Source: Hormiphora californensis (lineage: Eukaryota > Animalia > Ctenophora). From it: a stretch of 64,000 bases of DNA. Below the pieces are notes generated by a model. That model was not told the origin of the DNA and ran no database searches. It saw only the letters and a program-made list of their open reading frames with translations. The stretch lies in NCBI GenBank assembly GCA_020137815.1, contig CM035356.1:4526001-4590000 (forward strand), read 5' to 3'. Shown piece by piece: positions 40,089 to 54,196 of this stretch. Position numbers and translations under genes: made by a program. The stretch's first letter is position 1; every line of letters begins with the position of its first letter.

Positions 40089-42684
40089 GGGTACGCTAAC
40101 CAAAAATTTTTTTCGAGTGCAGGCAATTCTCACCGTGGGGTTGTGGCCTCCCAAGGAGACCTCAAATATGCAATTTGAGCTCTCAATCAAATTCTATTTT
40201 TGCTACAGTGCTTGAAAAATAAAAATGAAAAAAAATTTTTTGGCATTTTTAAAAAACATTGTAAAGTAGGATCAAAAAAATTTTGTGGATTGAAGAGGAC
40301 AAAGGGGTGATAGCCAAAAATTTTTTTTTTTAAAACCCGAGGATTTCCGGTCTGAGAGGATTTTTTTTTTTTACTTAAGCCATATTTGGCCCAAATTCCG
40401 AAAAATGTGAAAACTGTAAATTGGTGAAAAGTTGGTCTAAAGATTCTCATTGGGCCAAAATTTTTGGGGCATCCTATTTGAGATAAGCTGACAAGTTTTT
40501 TTTGTGAAAAACCCTCATTTCAGAAATAAATAAAAATTTCCCGTATCTCAAAAAAAGGGGCTGATCGTAGAGACTAAAATATGCTTAAACGATTCAGAAA
40601 GGGCCGATTTGGGGGGGGTCTTTGAGAGGACTTTTCTCCTACTTCAACCCTTTTGCTGTAATTGGAAAAAACAAATCATGAAAAAGGGGAAAACTAAACA
40701 CCCAATTCCTTAATTAGGGGAAAATTTTTGGCAAGAAAGGGGACCGAAACTATGAAAAAAAAAGTGAACAAGCTAATTCCTTCACTTTTGGGCCAATGGG
40801 TCTTATAACACCAAAAACAAAAAAACAAAAAAACCCCGAGGGCGAAGAGGGTTTTTGTTTTCCAATTACAGCAAAAAAGGTTTTTAAGTAGGAGCAAAAG
40901 TCTCTCAAAGACCCCCCCAAAAAACGGACCTTCTGAATGTTTAAGGGTACACCCTGGCGTTTTTCATCATCGAGTGCCCAACCAAAGACTTACCAGGGTT
41001 AGGCCATACAAAATGGACCTCAAAAGCAATTTTAGCCCTAAAGTCGAATTTATTTTTGCTACACCCAAATTTTTCAAAGGGCTTTTTTTAAATTTTTTTT
41101 GAAATTTTAACCCTCAGGCCCCCTTTTTTGAAAAAGAAACATTAAATTCTTGAATTTGAAGGGGAATAAAAGGTGAAAAGAAAGAAGGATTTTTAAAAGG
41201 AGTTTATTTTGGCCATGAGAAGGGTTTTATTTTTTTGCTTCTGAAGGGGTGAGAATTTCCCCGCTTCATTTTAAATGAAATATGGAAATAGTTTCTCAAA
41301 AGATTACTATGTGGCCCAAAAATTTTTGGGAAATTCCCCCCCAAAAGTGGGGTACAGAGCTTTTTGTGAAACCTGTCTTTTTGAAAAAAAGGGAAATTTC
41401 CCGTATTCAAAAACGGGTAATGTAGAGACGGGACCAAATTTTCGATTCAGAAGGTCGTTTTGGGGGGGGCTTTGAGGCATTTTTCTCCCACTCCAAACCC
41501 ATTTTTTGAATTGCAAAAAAAAACCCAAATTTTATGAAAAGGGGAAATAATCTATTCCGAGCCTGTTGGGTGATTCCCCCTTTTTGTATAAAATTTTTCC
41601 AATTACAGCAAATCGGTTTTGGAGTAGGAGCAAAATGTCTCTCAGAAGCCCCCCCCAAAATCGGACCTTCTGAATCGATTAAGCTTGGCCCCAGGTCCTA
41701 CGAACCGTTTTGAGATACAGGGAATTTTCCCTCTTTTTCAAAAAGAAGGTTTCAAAAAAAAAGCTCTGACACCACATCTTTGGCGGGAAATTCCAAAATT
41801 TTTGGGCCAATAGTAATCTTTTTTGAGAAACTATTTCCATATTTTTTTTCAAATGAAGCAGGGGGAAAATTCTCACCAGCGTGTAAAAGAAGAAAAAAAG
41901 AAAACCGTTTCAGGGCCCAGAAAAAAGCCCCTTTTAAAAAAAATCCTTTTTGGGTTTATTCACCTTTTTTTCTTTTAATTCCAAGATTTAATTTTTCTTT
42001 TTAAAAAAAAGTGGCCCTGAGGTTAAAAATCCAAAAAAATTGAAAAAACCCCATTTTGAAAATGGGGCTGTAGCAAAAATAAAATTTCGATTTAGGGCAA
42101 AAATTGCTATTGAGGCCTTTTTGTATGCCAACCCCCGGGGGAAGTTTTTGGGGGGCACTCGATGATGAAAAAACCCCAGGTTTTCCCTTAAGATAGTTCG
42201 GGTTTACGATCAGCCGTTTTTTGGATACGGGGAATTTTTTATTTCTGAAATGAGGGTTTTTCAAAAAAAATCTGTCAGCTTATTAAAAAGGAACGCCCAA
42301 AATTTATTTTCCATTTGAAATCGTTTTGACGCAATTTTACCAATTTTCAGCTTACAGTTTCGGAACTTTTCCCAAATATGGGGTTTTTTAAAAAAAAAAA
42401 AAGAAAAACCTCTCAGGACCCCCCCCGGGAAAACAGTCGGATTTCAAAAAATTTTTTTTTGGCTACTCACTTTTGTCCTCTTTAAATCCACAAATTTTAG
42501 ACCTATCTTTAAAATGTATTTTTAAGAGCAAAAAACTTATTTTCAGTTATTTTTAAACAGTGTAGCAAAAAAATGAATCGATTGAGAGCTCAAAATTTCA
42601 TATTGAGGTCTCCTTGGCATGGCCTAAAAACCCCACGGTGAGAGATTTCCCTGCACTCGAAAAAAAATTTTGGTTAGCGTACCC
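40089..42684. mobile_element. TTAA-flanked palindromic non-autonomous element (Kolobok-like) with a related element nested inside
   Basis: TTAA|GGGTACGCTAACCAAAATTTTT...AAAAATTTTGGTTAGCGTACCC|TTAA with long pairing arms. A TTAA TSD with RR...YY ends fits Kolobok rather than piggyBac. Confidence 0.7.
40945..42187. mobile_element. Nested TTAA-flanked palindromic element, related to its host
   Basis: TTAA|GGGTACACCCTGG..TTTTTCATCATCGAGTGCCC pairs with GGGCACTCGATGATGAAAAA..CCAGG..CCC|TTAA. The host arm resumes after 42191. Confidence 0.65.
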
Positions 42685-45464
42685 TTAAGATGCCTTTATT
42701 ATGCATATCAAAATTCAAAATACCTATAAAATTATTTATCTTGCGTGAGTTAAATGGAATGCAGGGTAGGTAAAAAGGGAAATCATGCACAGTCGACAGA
42801 CCCCGATTTACCGGGATGGTCGGGGGAAAGGGTTTTGCCCGATAAATTGGGGTACCCGGTATATCGGGGTCCGACTGTACGTGAAATTATAAAGCTAAAA
42901 TTAAACCGCTCTGCAAATACATGCTATCGTGCCCGAGCTGGTATGTGGATTGTACGTGGGTTGTAAGGATCTCATGGTGAGCCTGATCCACTCTGCATCA
43001 TACTCTAAACTGTGCTAAGTATGCTTGCGAAAGAGTGTGTTCAATGCAGTATAAATATAATGGTTTAGCAATAGTGGGTTATTATAATCCTGGGTTTATA
43101 GATTAGCACATGAGCTCGCGTGGTGATTCCAATAATCTCTTTCTAATGAAGGCGCAAAGTATCTCCTTTAGACGATGTCTCTAAAATATCCACACTCCTG
43201 CTACGGAGAAATGTTCAAAATTCCATCTCCGCCTTCTCAGCCCGATTCTTCGATCCCCATCTTAATAATTCAACTCAATAAGATTCATCGCAGTCTTGGG
43301 TACATTAGTAATGTCCATTATATTTTCTCATTATTAGGAAGTCTATTATAATACCGGTTCTTTCTTGATTTATTTCTCATGCTTCATATTTTCGGCAAAA
43401 TAAATTTGAATGAAATAAGAAAATCTGTTGACGCATTATATTAGGGGGTTGAATTGTAACTAGCAGGCCGAAATAAATACTAGCTGGATATCATGAAGTC
43501 TTCATAATCGAATATACCTGGGATAATTAAGCCTGGGCTGATAATCAAACCCTGGTAACATAAAGGTAACAATCAGAGTTATCTAGTCTCGGCTAGTTAT
43601 CCAGGCTCCATTATTCGATTATGAGAACATTATGATTATTTAGGGTGGACCGGTTTTATCAATACACCACTATTATGGGTCCAATAATTGAAGAAGAAAA
43701 AAACAGATTAAGTTTAGAAGTACGGAGAGAAAAGGGGAGGATTTTGAGGAGCTTATATATGTGAAGCAGCTTCACATAATATTCACAAGGGCCTGAATTT
43801 CATAATAGGTTTCTAACCGTGGGCGCCTCATATTATGTTACCCAGTGTGATAGAGAGATCAGGGAGAGGAGAGAAGAGAGAGGAGAGAGAGAGAGCGAGA
43901 GAGCTCATCGCTCTATATAGATCTATCTCTCTCTACGAGCAGATATCGCTCGTCTATCTAGCGCTCGCTCTCTCATCTCTCCCTCTCTCTCTTTCGCTCT
44001 CTCTCTCTCTCTCTCCGTTATCTCCCACCTTTCTCTCTCTCTGCTCTCCCTCCCTGCCCCCCCTCGTCTTCCCGGGACTCTCCCTTCCCCCGCCGCGTAG
44101 AAGAGCTCTTGTTGCCCCTGAAATGGTATCGATGGGGTAACCCAATGGGGTCGGAGCTTTTTGTAGCGATGCTATCATTGTGGCCCATGAATAATCAAAT
44201 GATAATGCGCCCCACCCTCTAGATCAGTTCAGATGGGGTCTTATATAGCTAAATCTTTGTGACTTTCATAACGATCTTGTTTTTTAAATAATCATTTTTC
44301 CATCTCTTGTGGGGCTCTCTAATTTATATGTAGAATCACTGATCTTTGTTGATTGTTCCGTTCTTGTTTCACTGCAATTCCTTTGTTATTTCCCCCAAGC
44401 TATATTCCTGTCTGTTTATCATCCCATGATCCCCTGTCTAACATTATGTCAGCTCTAAAAGAGAGAACTAGGGACATATATCGAGGTCATATAATATTTG
44501 ATCCGCCCCCCCCCCTTGTGATATGACCCCAATATAACAGCTTGGTACCACTTGGCGCAAACATCTAGCTCTCTTTGGGATCTGGGCATTAGGAAGCTGG
44601 GACGGACATCCCCGGGATGTGATAGACGTGTTTAGAGTTTTAGAGGGGCTTAGACGAGTTAGAGAATTGTAGAGGGGATGTTAGACGAGTTAGAGTTGTT
44701 AGGATCCCTTCACACTGATGGGGGTGAAAACCAGCCAGACACTCTCTTAGCCGTGCCGCGGACTTCTTCTCTCTCTTTCTCTCCCTATCTCACCATCATA
44801 CTTCCTTCCCCTTTAATCTCTTCGCCCCTTAATTTCTCTCGTTTGTGTTTTCGTCCCTCTATCTTTTAGTTTTTCGGCCTGTCAGTTCCTCCCATATCAG
44901 CTACCCATGGGGGAGGAGACAGTTCATTTCAGTTTCGGCCAGTTCCACTCATTTCTTATTCCGTAATTATTATTCCCCCCCCCCCCCTTCAATCTTTTTC
45001 CCTCCATATTCGATCTTTCTTCCCCGGTTCTCTCCCTCAAGGGGGGGGGGGGGGGGTTCTCAACCACTCCCGCGTAACAGCTATCATAGCCCCCCTCCAT
45101 CTCTCTCCATCCCTCTCTCTCCCTCGCTGGCTCATAGTCATAATCTAACTCCTTTTTTAGTAGTGCATTTTTGTAAGAATCATAACTTTCTCTCTCCATT
45201 ATATATTGTAAACCCCGTCCTCTCTCTCTCTCTCTCTCTCCAAACTGCTTGCGTCAGTAAGTTACCCATCCCCACTCTTACCATATTTCCTTATATGGCA
45301 TGGCTCCCCACTCATATATAACTGTTGAGCTCCTCCAACCTCACCATCATTCCCCCTGCTGCAACTATTTGTCAGTCACTGCTCCTCCTGCAGTACTCTA
45401 GAAGAGCTCCTCCTCCTGCAGTACTGCACCATGTAGTACTGTACTGAGCCTGCTCTTCTCTATC

Positions 45465-47750
45465 TCCTGCAGTACTATGCTGGGAGATGTATCCTCCTAC
45501 TGCTCTAGCTCCTCCTTCTACTGCAGTACTATGCTGGGAGATGTATCCTCCTACTGCTCTAGCTCCTCCTTCTACTGCAGTACTATGCTGGGAGATGTAT
45601 CCTCCTACTGCTCTAGCTCCTCCTTCTACTGCAGTACTATGCTGGGAGATGTATCCTCCTACTGCTCTAGCTCCTCCTTCTACTGCAGTACTATGCTGGG
45701 AGATGTATCCTCCTACTGCTCTAGCTCCTCCTTCTACTGCAGTACTATGCTGGGAGATGTATCCTCCTACTGCTCTAGCTCCTGCAGTACTATGCTGGGA
45801 GATGTATCCTCCTACTGCTCTAGCTCCTCCTTCTACTGCAGTACTATGCTGGGAGATGTATCCTCCTACTGCTCTAGCTCCTCCTTCTACTGCAGTACTA
45901 TGCTGGGAGATGTATCCTCCTACTGCTCTAGCTCCTCCTTCTACTGCAGTACTATGCTGGGAGATGTATCCTCCTACTGCTCTAGCTCCTCCTTCTACTG
46001 CAGTGCTATGCTGGGAGATGTATCCTCCTACTGCTCTAGCTCCTCCTTCTACTGCAGTACTATGCTGGGAGATGTATCCTCCTACTGCTCTAGCTCCTCC
46101 TTCTACTGCAGTACTATGCTGGGAGATGTATCCTCCTACTGCTCTAGCTCCTCCTTCTACTGCAGTACTATGCTGGGAGATGTATCCTCCTACTGCTCTA
46201 GCTCCTCCTTCTACTGCAGTACTATGCTGGGAGATGTATCCTCCTACTGCTCTAGCTCCTCCTTCTACTGCAGTACTATGCTGGGAGATGTATCCTCCTA
46301 CTGCTCTAGCTCCTCCTTCTACTGCAGTACTATGCTGGGAGATGTATCCTCCTACTGCTCTAGCTCCTCCTTCTACTGCAGTACTATGCTGGGAGATGTA
46401 TCCTCCTACTGCTCTAGCTCCTCCTTCTACTGCAGTACTATGCTGGGAGATGTATCCTCCTACTGCTCTAGCTCCTCCTTCTACTGCAGTACTATGTTGG
46501 GAGCTGTATCCTCCTACTGCTCTAGCTCCTCCTTCTACTGCAGTACTATGCTGGGAGATGTATCCTCCTACTGCTCTAGCTCCTCCTTCTACTGCAGTAC
46601 TATGCTGGGAGATGTATCCTCCTACTGCTCTAGCTCCTGCAGTACTATGCTGGGAGATGTATCCTCCTACTGCTCTAGCTCCTCCTTCTACTGCAGTACT
46701 ATGCTGGGAGATGTATCCTCCTACTGCTCTAGCTCCTCCTTCTACTGCAGTACTATGCTGGGAGCTGTATCCTCCTACTGCTCTAGCTCCTCCTTCTACT
46801 GCAGTACTATGCTGGGAGATGTATCCTCCTACTGCTCTAGCTCCTCCTTCTACTGCAGTACTATGCTGGGAGATGTATCCTCCTACTGCTCTAGCTCCTC
46901 CTTCTACTGCAGTACTATGCTGGGAGCTGTATCCTCCTACTGCTCTAGCTCCTCCTTCTACTGCAGTACTATGCTGGGAGATGTATCCTCCTACTGCTCT
47001 AGCTCCTCCTTCTCCTGCAGTACTATGCTGGGAGATGTATCCTCCTACTGCTCTAGCTCCTCCTTCTACTGCAGTACTATGCTGGGAGATGTATCCTCCT
47101 ACTGCTCTAGCTCCTCCTTCTACTGCAGTACTATGCTGGGAGATGTATCCTCCTACTGCTCTAGCTCCTCCTTCTACTGCAGTACTATGCTGGGAGATGT
47201 ATCCTCCTACTGCTCTAGCTCCTGCAGTACTATGCTGGGAGATGTATCCTCCTACTGCTCTAGCTCCTCCTTCTACTGCAGTACTATGCTGGGAGATGTA
47301 TCCTCCTACTGCTCTAGCTCCTCCTTCTACTGCAGTACTATGCTGGGAGATGTATCCTCCTACTGCTCTAGCTCCTCCTTCTACTGCAGTACTATGCTGG
47401 GAGATGTATCCTCCTACTGCTCTAGCTCCTCCTTCTACTGCAGTACTATGCTGGGAGATGTATCCTCCTACTGCTCTAGCTCCTCCTTCTACTGCAGTAC
47501 TATGCTGGGAGATGTATCCTCCTACTGCTCTAGCTCCTCCTTCTACTGCAGTACTATGTTGGGAGCTGTATCCTCCTACTGCTCTAGCTCCTCCTTCTAC
47601 TGCAGTACTATGCTGGGAGATGTATCCTCCTACTGCTCTAGCTCCTCCTTCTACTGCAGTACTATGCTGGGAGCTGTATCCTCCTACTGCTCTATCTCCT
47701 GCAGTACTATGCTGGGAGATGTATCCTCCTACTGCTCTAGCTCCTGCAGA
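45465..47750. repeat. 54-bp minisatellite, about 43 copies, with 42-bp deletion variants
   Basis: Unit ATGCTGGGAGATGTATCCTCCTACTGCTCTAGCTCCTCCTTCTACTGCAGTACT; highly homogeneous. Confidence 0.97.
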
Positions 47751-48995
47751 TGTTTTCTCCTATTGCTGATGTTCTCTGATCTTCTAGTTCTGTTAAGTTT
47801 CAGTAGTTGATAGATTCAGCTAATTTCCTGCCTGATCCAGCCCTTTCGGTTTGTTTCACAACTGCCCCATTTCTGACATTCAGCCGGCTGCCCCTTCATA
47901 ATCTGCTGCTTTGTTTATTAAAGAGAACCCTAGAACATTACAGAGAGAGAGAACCCTAGAACACACATGAGATACTTTATAATCCAGTATATAAATTATA
48001 TTCTTCCAGTATTTACATGCTAATTGTTGGAGTTCTCAAGTTTACTAACCACGTCCCCCGGCGAGGGGGTAAATATATATTCCGAGGGGGAGGTGAGAGA
48101 GAGAGAGGGTGATGGAGGTGAGAGAAAGATGAGAGACACAGAGAGGGTGAGGTGAGAGAAGGGGGTCCTCGGGAAGATAACGAGACAGAAAATAAAGAGA
48201 CTGGAGCGGGTGAGAGAGAGAGAGAGAGGGGTCCCTGTCTAGTGGCCACTCGACCAACTCATATTCACTTCCTCCCAGCTCCGCTACAGTTCGCCCTTTT
48301 CGTATTATATAATTCTTGACGATTGATCCTTCTAACCGGATTTCAGAGTCCTCTTTGCCTGATGGGTATATATTAAGCTCCGTCTATTTTCCATATATCT
48401 AGACTGTGTTCCTTTATCTGATATATCATGCATCCTTTATCCTTTATCGGATATATCTCCCATGCATCCTAGTGGACATCTTCCCCAGATGTATTAACAT
48501 TTCCCTGTTATCATCCTGCCTTTATCTCTAGGTGCCCCAGTTTTATCTCTAGGTGCCCCAGTTTTAGTACCGTGTGTTTTAGTGCTACATATTAGTAACA
48601 TGTGTTTAGTAACATGACGTGTTAGTACCTCTCTCTAGCCTGCACCGTGTTTTATTACCCCTGTTATATTATCATATGTTTTAGTGAAGGCGCGGCACAC
48701 ACACGTGCTATAGGAGCCGGAGAGTTAGCTTGTTGGTTAAAGAGCTGTGAGGAGGATCAGATCCGGATTAGTTGGATATATCCACGGCTTGCAAACCAAA
48801 GATAAGAGCTTCCTCTCGAGAGAGACTCCACACGGCAGAAGGATCAGCTCGCGGTATCATCACCATAGTGATCCACTCTCTAAACAGATCTCTGGAGATA
48901 TCTCTGACTGATAGACCAGCTCTCTCTAGATCCTCTTTCTCTCTCTGGCGTGTCTTTGTTGTTACTCGCAACAAGTGGGACACACGTGCATCTAG

Positions 48996-49918
48996 ATGAT
49001 TTTCATGGAACCTTTAGCAAGTGCAGCCGAAGCGTGCACTAACCCCACAGAGATGGATATATACCTGACGAGTGCGGATATTCAGACAAGTCAACTGGAT
49101 ATCTACCTGGGAAACCTGGATATCCATAGAATACAACCCACATTATACCACGAGCCCAAGGAACGAGTCAACTACCAACAACAACATCACCACCAGCACT
49201 ATCAACAGCACCATCCCCAACTAGTCAGACAGGCATCTGTCCCTGCTTCATTCGCTCCCAGCGGCCCCTCCTCTACCACAAGAGGACAGTCCTCCACCGC
49301 ACCCCAGTTAACAAGAGGGCAGTCGTGGGAGAGCAGTGGATATCCGGATAGTGAGAGTCATCCTGGAAGTGTTGTGTCAACAAGTGATGGGAGCGAGGCA
49401 CTCTGGGATCTCTTCTCTTCTGATGACGATGAGGTGAGGAGATAGAAAGATAGAAAGATAGAAAGATAGAACGATAGAAAGATAGAAAGATAGAAAGATA
49501 GAAAGATAGAAAGATAGTCTTATTAGTTTTTCATATATACCCTTTCACACAGCCAGATACACAGAATCACACACACACACGAACATTGGGGTTGAATTGG
49601 AACTGGTGAAAAAGGTGTCTTCGTGTAGGAATGAGATAGGGGAATAAAAGAGGATAATACTTTAGAGAAAGAAACACTTGATAGAATGGGAGAGAGGGAG
49701 AGAAAGAAACACTTAGATAGAATGGGAGAGAGAGAGAAAGAAACACGATAGAGAGGGATGGAGGGAGGGAGGGAAGATGAAAAAGATCGAGTTAGTTTAT
49801 TAATTACGGTATATTTTATGCAGTATTCTAGGCTGTGTGATCGGTGATAAATTATGTTACCCGTTCAATTTATCTCTCTTAGGGCGACTCAGGGAACGGG
49901 AGGAATAACAAGTTTGGG

Positions 49919-49991
<73 letters not shown>

Positions 49992-51972
49992 AGAGTTTGT
50001 TACTTTAACTAGAGAGAGATAAATAAGAAATAGGATGCGGTACGGAAAGGGAAACGTGACCAAAAGAGACGGTCTCTCTCTCTGTGCGGGGCGGTATGGC
50101 TAAAAAACAACGACGCGTCCTATATTGGATAACCGATCACTGTGCTGGCAAGCGCAAAGGTTGCCATTCCCTATCCCGCAAAGGTGGATTGGATTTTGAT
50201 TTAACTGATTTAACAAAGCTCTAACCCTTTTCTCTCTCTCAGGGCGATTCAGTGAAGAATAAGATGAAACCAGCACCTCTTGACCTCTCCTCAGACTCCC
50301 AGTTGACCCTAACTCCCCCACACACCAGCACACCCAGGTACAATTACTTTGTCAGGTAGTGACTGTAACATCGCTCACGCTGCTCGATTTAGTGATTTCG
50401 TGTACAAAGCCATAACTCATCTCGGCCTAATTGAATATTAATATTTCATTGATTTAACACAGTAACGAACTGTTAACCCACTGTTAACCCCTTACCCCCA
50501 GGTATCTGTGGACGCCTACAAAAGGTACAGCGGGATCTGCCTTCTTCTGTCAGGACCCTAGAAAGATCAGGGTGGGATCTGAATACCAGGCCACAATACC
50601 AGACCAAATCACCAAAGTCGAACAAGGTACATAGTCGCTTCCTTCCCAACTATATATGAAGTGTCATTATATTGGAACAAAGCATGATAGTTAAATGTAT
50701 TATATATCTGCAATGCAGATTCTGCATGGTGACACATTACTTCTGACAACTGCCCCTCCCCAACGTAGACCCATTTATAGTACCCCCCCCCCCTCATGGT
50801 AATGCAGTTCAATTTGTATCCCAATTTATCTTTCTATCTCTTTATCTCTCTATCTCTTTATCGGGCCTATGTTGGCACAGAAGGGGGCCACAAAAGTACA
50901 AGTCCTTCAATCCGGTAAACCGGCTGAAAAACTAGTCGTCTTTCGATTTTTTGGCAGAAATTAAAAATCGGTACTTGATAATTCCCGGCAGAATTGAAAG
51001 CTTGTGAGGGGGGTCGGGTGTGGTTATCAGAGACAGCTCTCCGTTTAAGTGCTCCAATCTCCAGCGAATTTACAGGAGCTAAAGAGGGAGACAGGAATGG
51101 AGAGGGAGGGAGATTAGAGAGATGAGTGACACCTGATAAAACAAAACTTGAGGGGGAGGAGGAGGGGGAGAATATAGAGTACTTGATTTTGACAAGTTGG
51201 TTATTATAAAGTACGTGGCTCTGTCTAAAAATATATATTTCTACTTCCCCGTGCCACATTGTAAATAGAATTGCTGCAACATCAATCAAGAACTGCTCCA
51301 TCTTTCCAGACTGAAACCGCGGCCCCCTTCTGGTCTCTCTCTCTATCTATGAGATAGTATCTCTCTAATCCCCTGATCCCTCTCCTCTCCCCCTCTAAAC
51401 CCATCCCTCTCCCCCTCTAAACCCCTCATCCCTCTCTAATCCCTCTCTAAACCCCGCATCCCTCAGTGGCTGAAGAGACGGGTATGTCGAGACCACTGTA
51501 TACCCCTGCCGAGAACCCAGTAGAGGAAGAGAGAAGAGAGCGTTGGTTTAGAGAAATGACAACGGTTTATCCAGACCCTGAGTTCTTACATCACTGCGTA
51601 CATCGGACAGGTTAGTTTTATCAGATAATGCTATCTGTGTCGGGACAAGGACAGTAGTATCTGGTTCGGGGACAGCTGTTACATGGTCTTGAGGAATTGA
51701 TTATGTTGGAATATCGGGTCGGTATCACATCATTATAACATATTGATCATGATGCTATGATTTATAGTTATGGTTGATACTATTAGGGTGTGGCCTAGTG
51801 TCAAAATCTTTGACATCATAAAAATGGGACATTGGACTTCAATTTGAAAATTGAAAGAATTTAAAGGCAAGAGGGCTCCCCTCCCTTTCTTGCAGTGACG
51901 TGCACCCCTTTTCTCTCTTTCATCTTCCCATTTTCTTTATGATCGATATCATGTAATCTCGGGTATATTTCT

Positions 51973-52039
<67 letters not shown>

Positions 52040-53966
52040 GTTTCATATGTTTCTCTCTCTCCTAGGTGGTGACTTGGTGGAGGCAGCTAAGTTAGCAAGG
52101 TCTCCGTTTGGCCCTCTCGTACCGAACGATCACCCCTCATACAAATACAGGTATACAATTCATAGTTTTTCAGTGCAATGCCACTGCCAGCAGCAGTTTT
52201 TATTGATTGATTGATAGTTGTATTTCACGTCACGTGTAACAGTGAATTAATTAGTTAATTACCTATATTAACAGTCAATTAGCAACTAATTACCCCTCCC
52301 AACAGTCAATTAGCAACTAATTACCCCCCATTCTCCCAGTCAATTAGTAACTAATTACCCCTCCCAACAGTCAATTATCAACTAATTACCCCTCCAAACA
52401 GTCAATTAGTAACTAATTACCCCCATTCTCCCAGTCAATTAGCAACTAATTACCCCTAATCACAACCAATCTCCCAGGTATACCTCTAAGTGGACCCAAG
52501 AGGATCAAGAGAAGTTCTTCCTGCTCTTCCAGAAGTTCGGTAAGGATCTTCCCTCCATATCTCGGTGTCTGCCAGGTCGGACACTAGCAGAGATCGTCGA
52601 GTATTACTATGTTTGGAAGGTGAGGTATCCTGAACTATATAGACAGTGGAGGAGGCCCCCAGTGATCCCACAAGTCCCCACAGCGGCCCGACAAAATACT
52701 GTGAGTAGTAAACCTAACTAGAGAGAGAGAGAGAGAGTAGTGTCTCTTTGCAATCAGTTACACGTGGCCAGCTATTATAACACATGTCTAGGGGAGATCT
52801 AAAAATATAATTTCCAGGTTTAATAATCCTCCTATCATTTTCAGACTACACTCGGCACTGATTTCGATATGAGGGCAGCACCCAAGGCAAGCAGGGGCAG
52901 GGGTCGGAAGGAGATTGTATATTTTGAGACTGAGGCGTATACTACCTACGATTCCAAGGGTGATAAGGAGATCAAATTCAGACAAAAGAAGGTCGTCAAC
53001 CCTTACTCGCCACGTCCCCGGTCAAACAAACCTCCCAACCCTCAACCACTGGGCAGTTACAAGTGCAAAGTGTGTGGCAAGTAAGTTAAACAAACACTCT
53101 TTTAGAGCGACCTCTTTCATGGTAGATGAGCTGTGTCTATCCCTATCCAGCTGTCTGGTGTTGCCAGACCCCGTTTTGATTCTCAATCGACGGTGCGCTC
53201 AGATCGGGTCGGCGCCGCCAGACAGTCCCTACCCGGTTACTCTTAGATTTCTTTATTATCGTAGCAGCTCTTTAGGGTGGGCCCTAATGTGCATTACTTA
53301 TCAGCGTCAATCAGCGATCTCTCCCGATAAATATCAGTTCAGAGAGACACACATATCTAAAAACAACTAGAGTTTTGATGCCTCAATTACCATAGCAACG
53401 TCCTGCGAGACTCATTACTCACTCAATTACCATAGTAACCATTACTCACCCCCTTTCCTTTCAGAGAGTTCCAGAAAGTTAAATCTCGGAGTGCTCACAT
53501 GAAAACCCACAAGCGGCAACAGAATGCAGTATCTCTCCTCTCTGCCGCTGGTCCTACCCTACTCCAACAGCAGTACCAGCAACTCCACTCCCAACAGCAA
53601 GCTAACGCGCTACACCACCAGCTCCAACAACAGTTGAAACAAGCCCAGGCAGCAATGCAGCACCAGGACCTCACTCGTGATGTCATTATGTCTGCATCAC
53701 GTGACCTCAGTGACGTATCCATGGTAACGGGACGAGATCACAGTGCTGTTAGTAGTGCTGAGGTGGAGGAAGCTCTGGCAAGGGCCCGCCAACAACAGCA
53801 ACACAGATCTGGTGGCGGGGATGTCATCATGACTGAGGCACAGAAATCATTACGGACAGATCATTCGTCTGATGTGTTGTCACGTGTAATGACATCATCA
53901 GCGTCGTCATCGCAACAACAGGACGTTACCATGGCGACCAGTACACCGCCATCATCTGGACGGTGA
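48996..53966 (+). CDS. ELM2-SANT-C2H2 zinc-finger protein, TRERF1/ZNF541/MIDEAS family (HDAC co-repressor scaffold)
   Basis: Phase-consistent exons 48996-49433, 50243-50337, 50502-50626, 51467-51610, 52066-52150, 52478-52700, 52845-53080, 53465-53966. Motifs: ELM2 IRVGSEYQATIP; SANT WTQEDQEKFFLLFQKFGKDL...RTLAEIVEYYYVWK; zinc finger YKCKVCGKEFQKVKSRSAHMKTH; Q-rich tail. The true start may lie upstream. Confidence 0.9.
52270..52477. repeat. Intronic minisatellite (about 30-33 bp) running up to the acceptor of the SANT exon
   Basis: CAGTCAATTAG(C/T)AACTAATTACCCC units containing ACTAAT and CTCCCAG/AACAG. Confidence 0.8.
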
Positions 53967-54161
53967 TATTAGGTTGGAGAGAGAGATGTAACACGTTGTG
54001 TGTGTGTGTGATGGAGGGCCAGCAGTTCCAATCTGTTAGTTTCGAAGTAACTGGGTTGAGATCAGGGAGACGTTCTCTAAACAGCTTTAGATCTTCTTAA
54101 CCCTTGTTAACCGAGGCTAACTTTGGAGCTGCAGTGCCAGATAGATATTAATTGAGCGAGA

Positions 54162-54196
<35 letters not shown>

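Noticed and set aside
45477-47810. 777-aa and 760-aa ORFs as genuine genes
   Set aside because: They result from a stop-free 54-bp unit. There are no unique domains, and in-frame stops lie close to the array flanks. Kept only as a low-priority finding.
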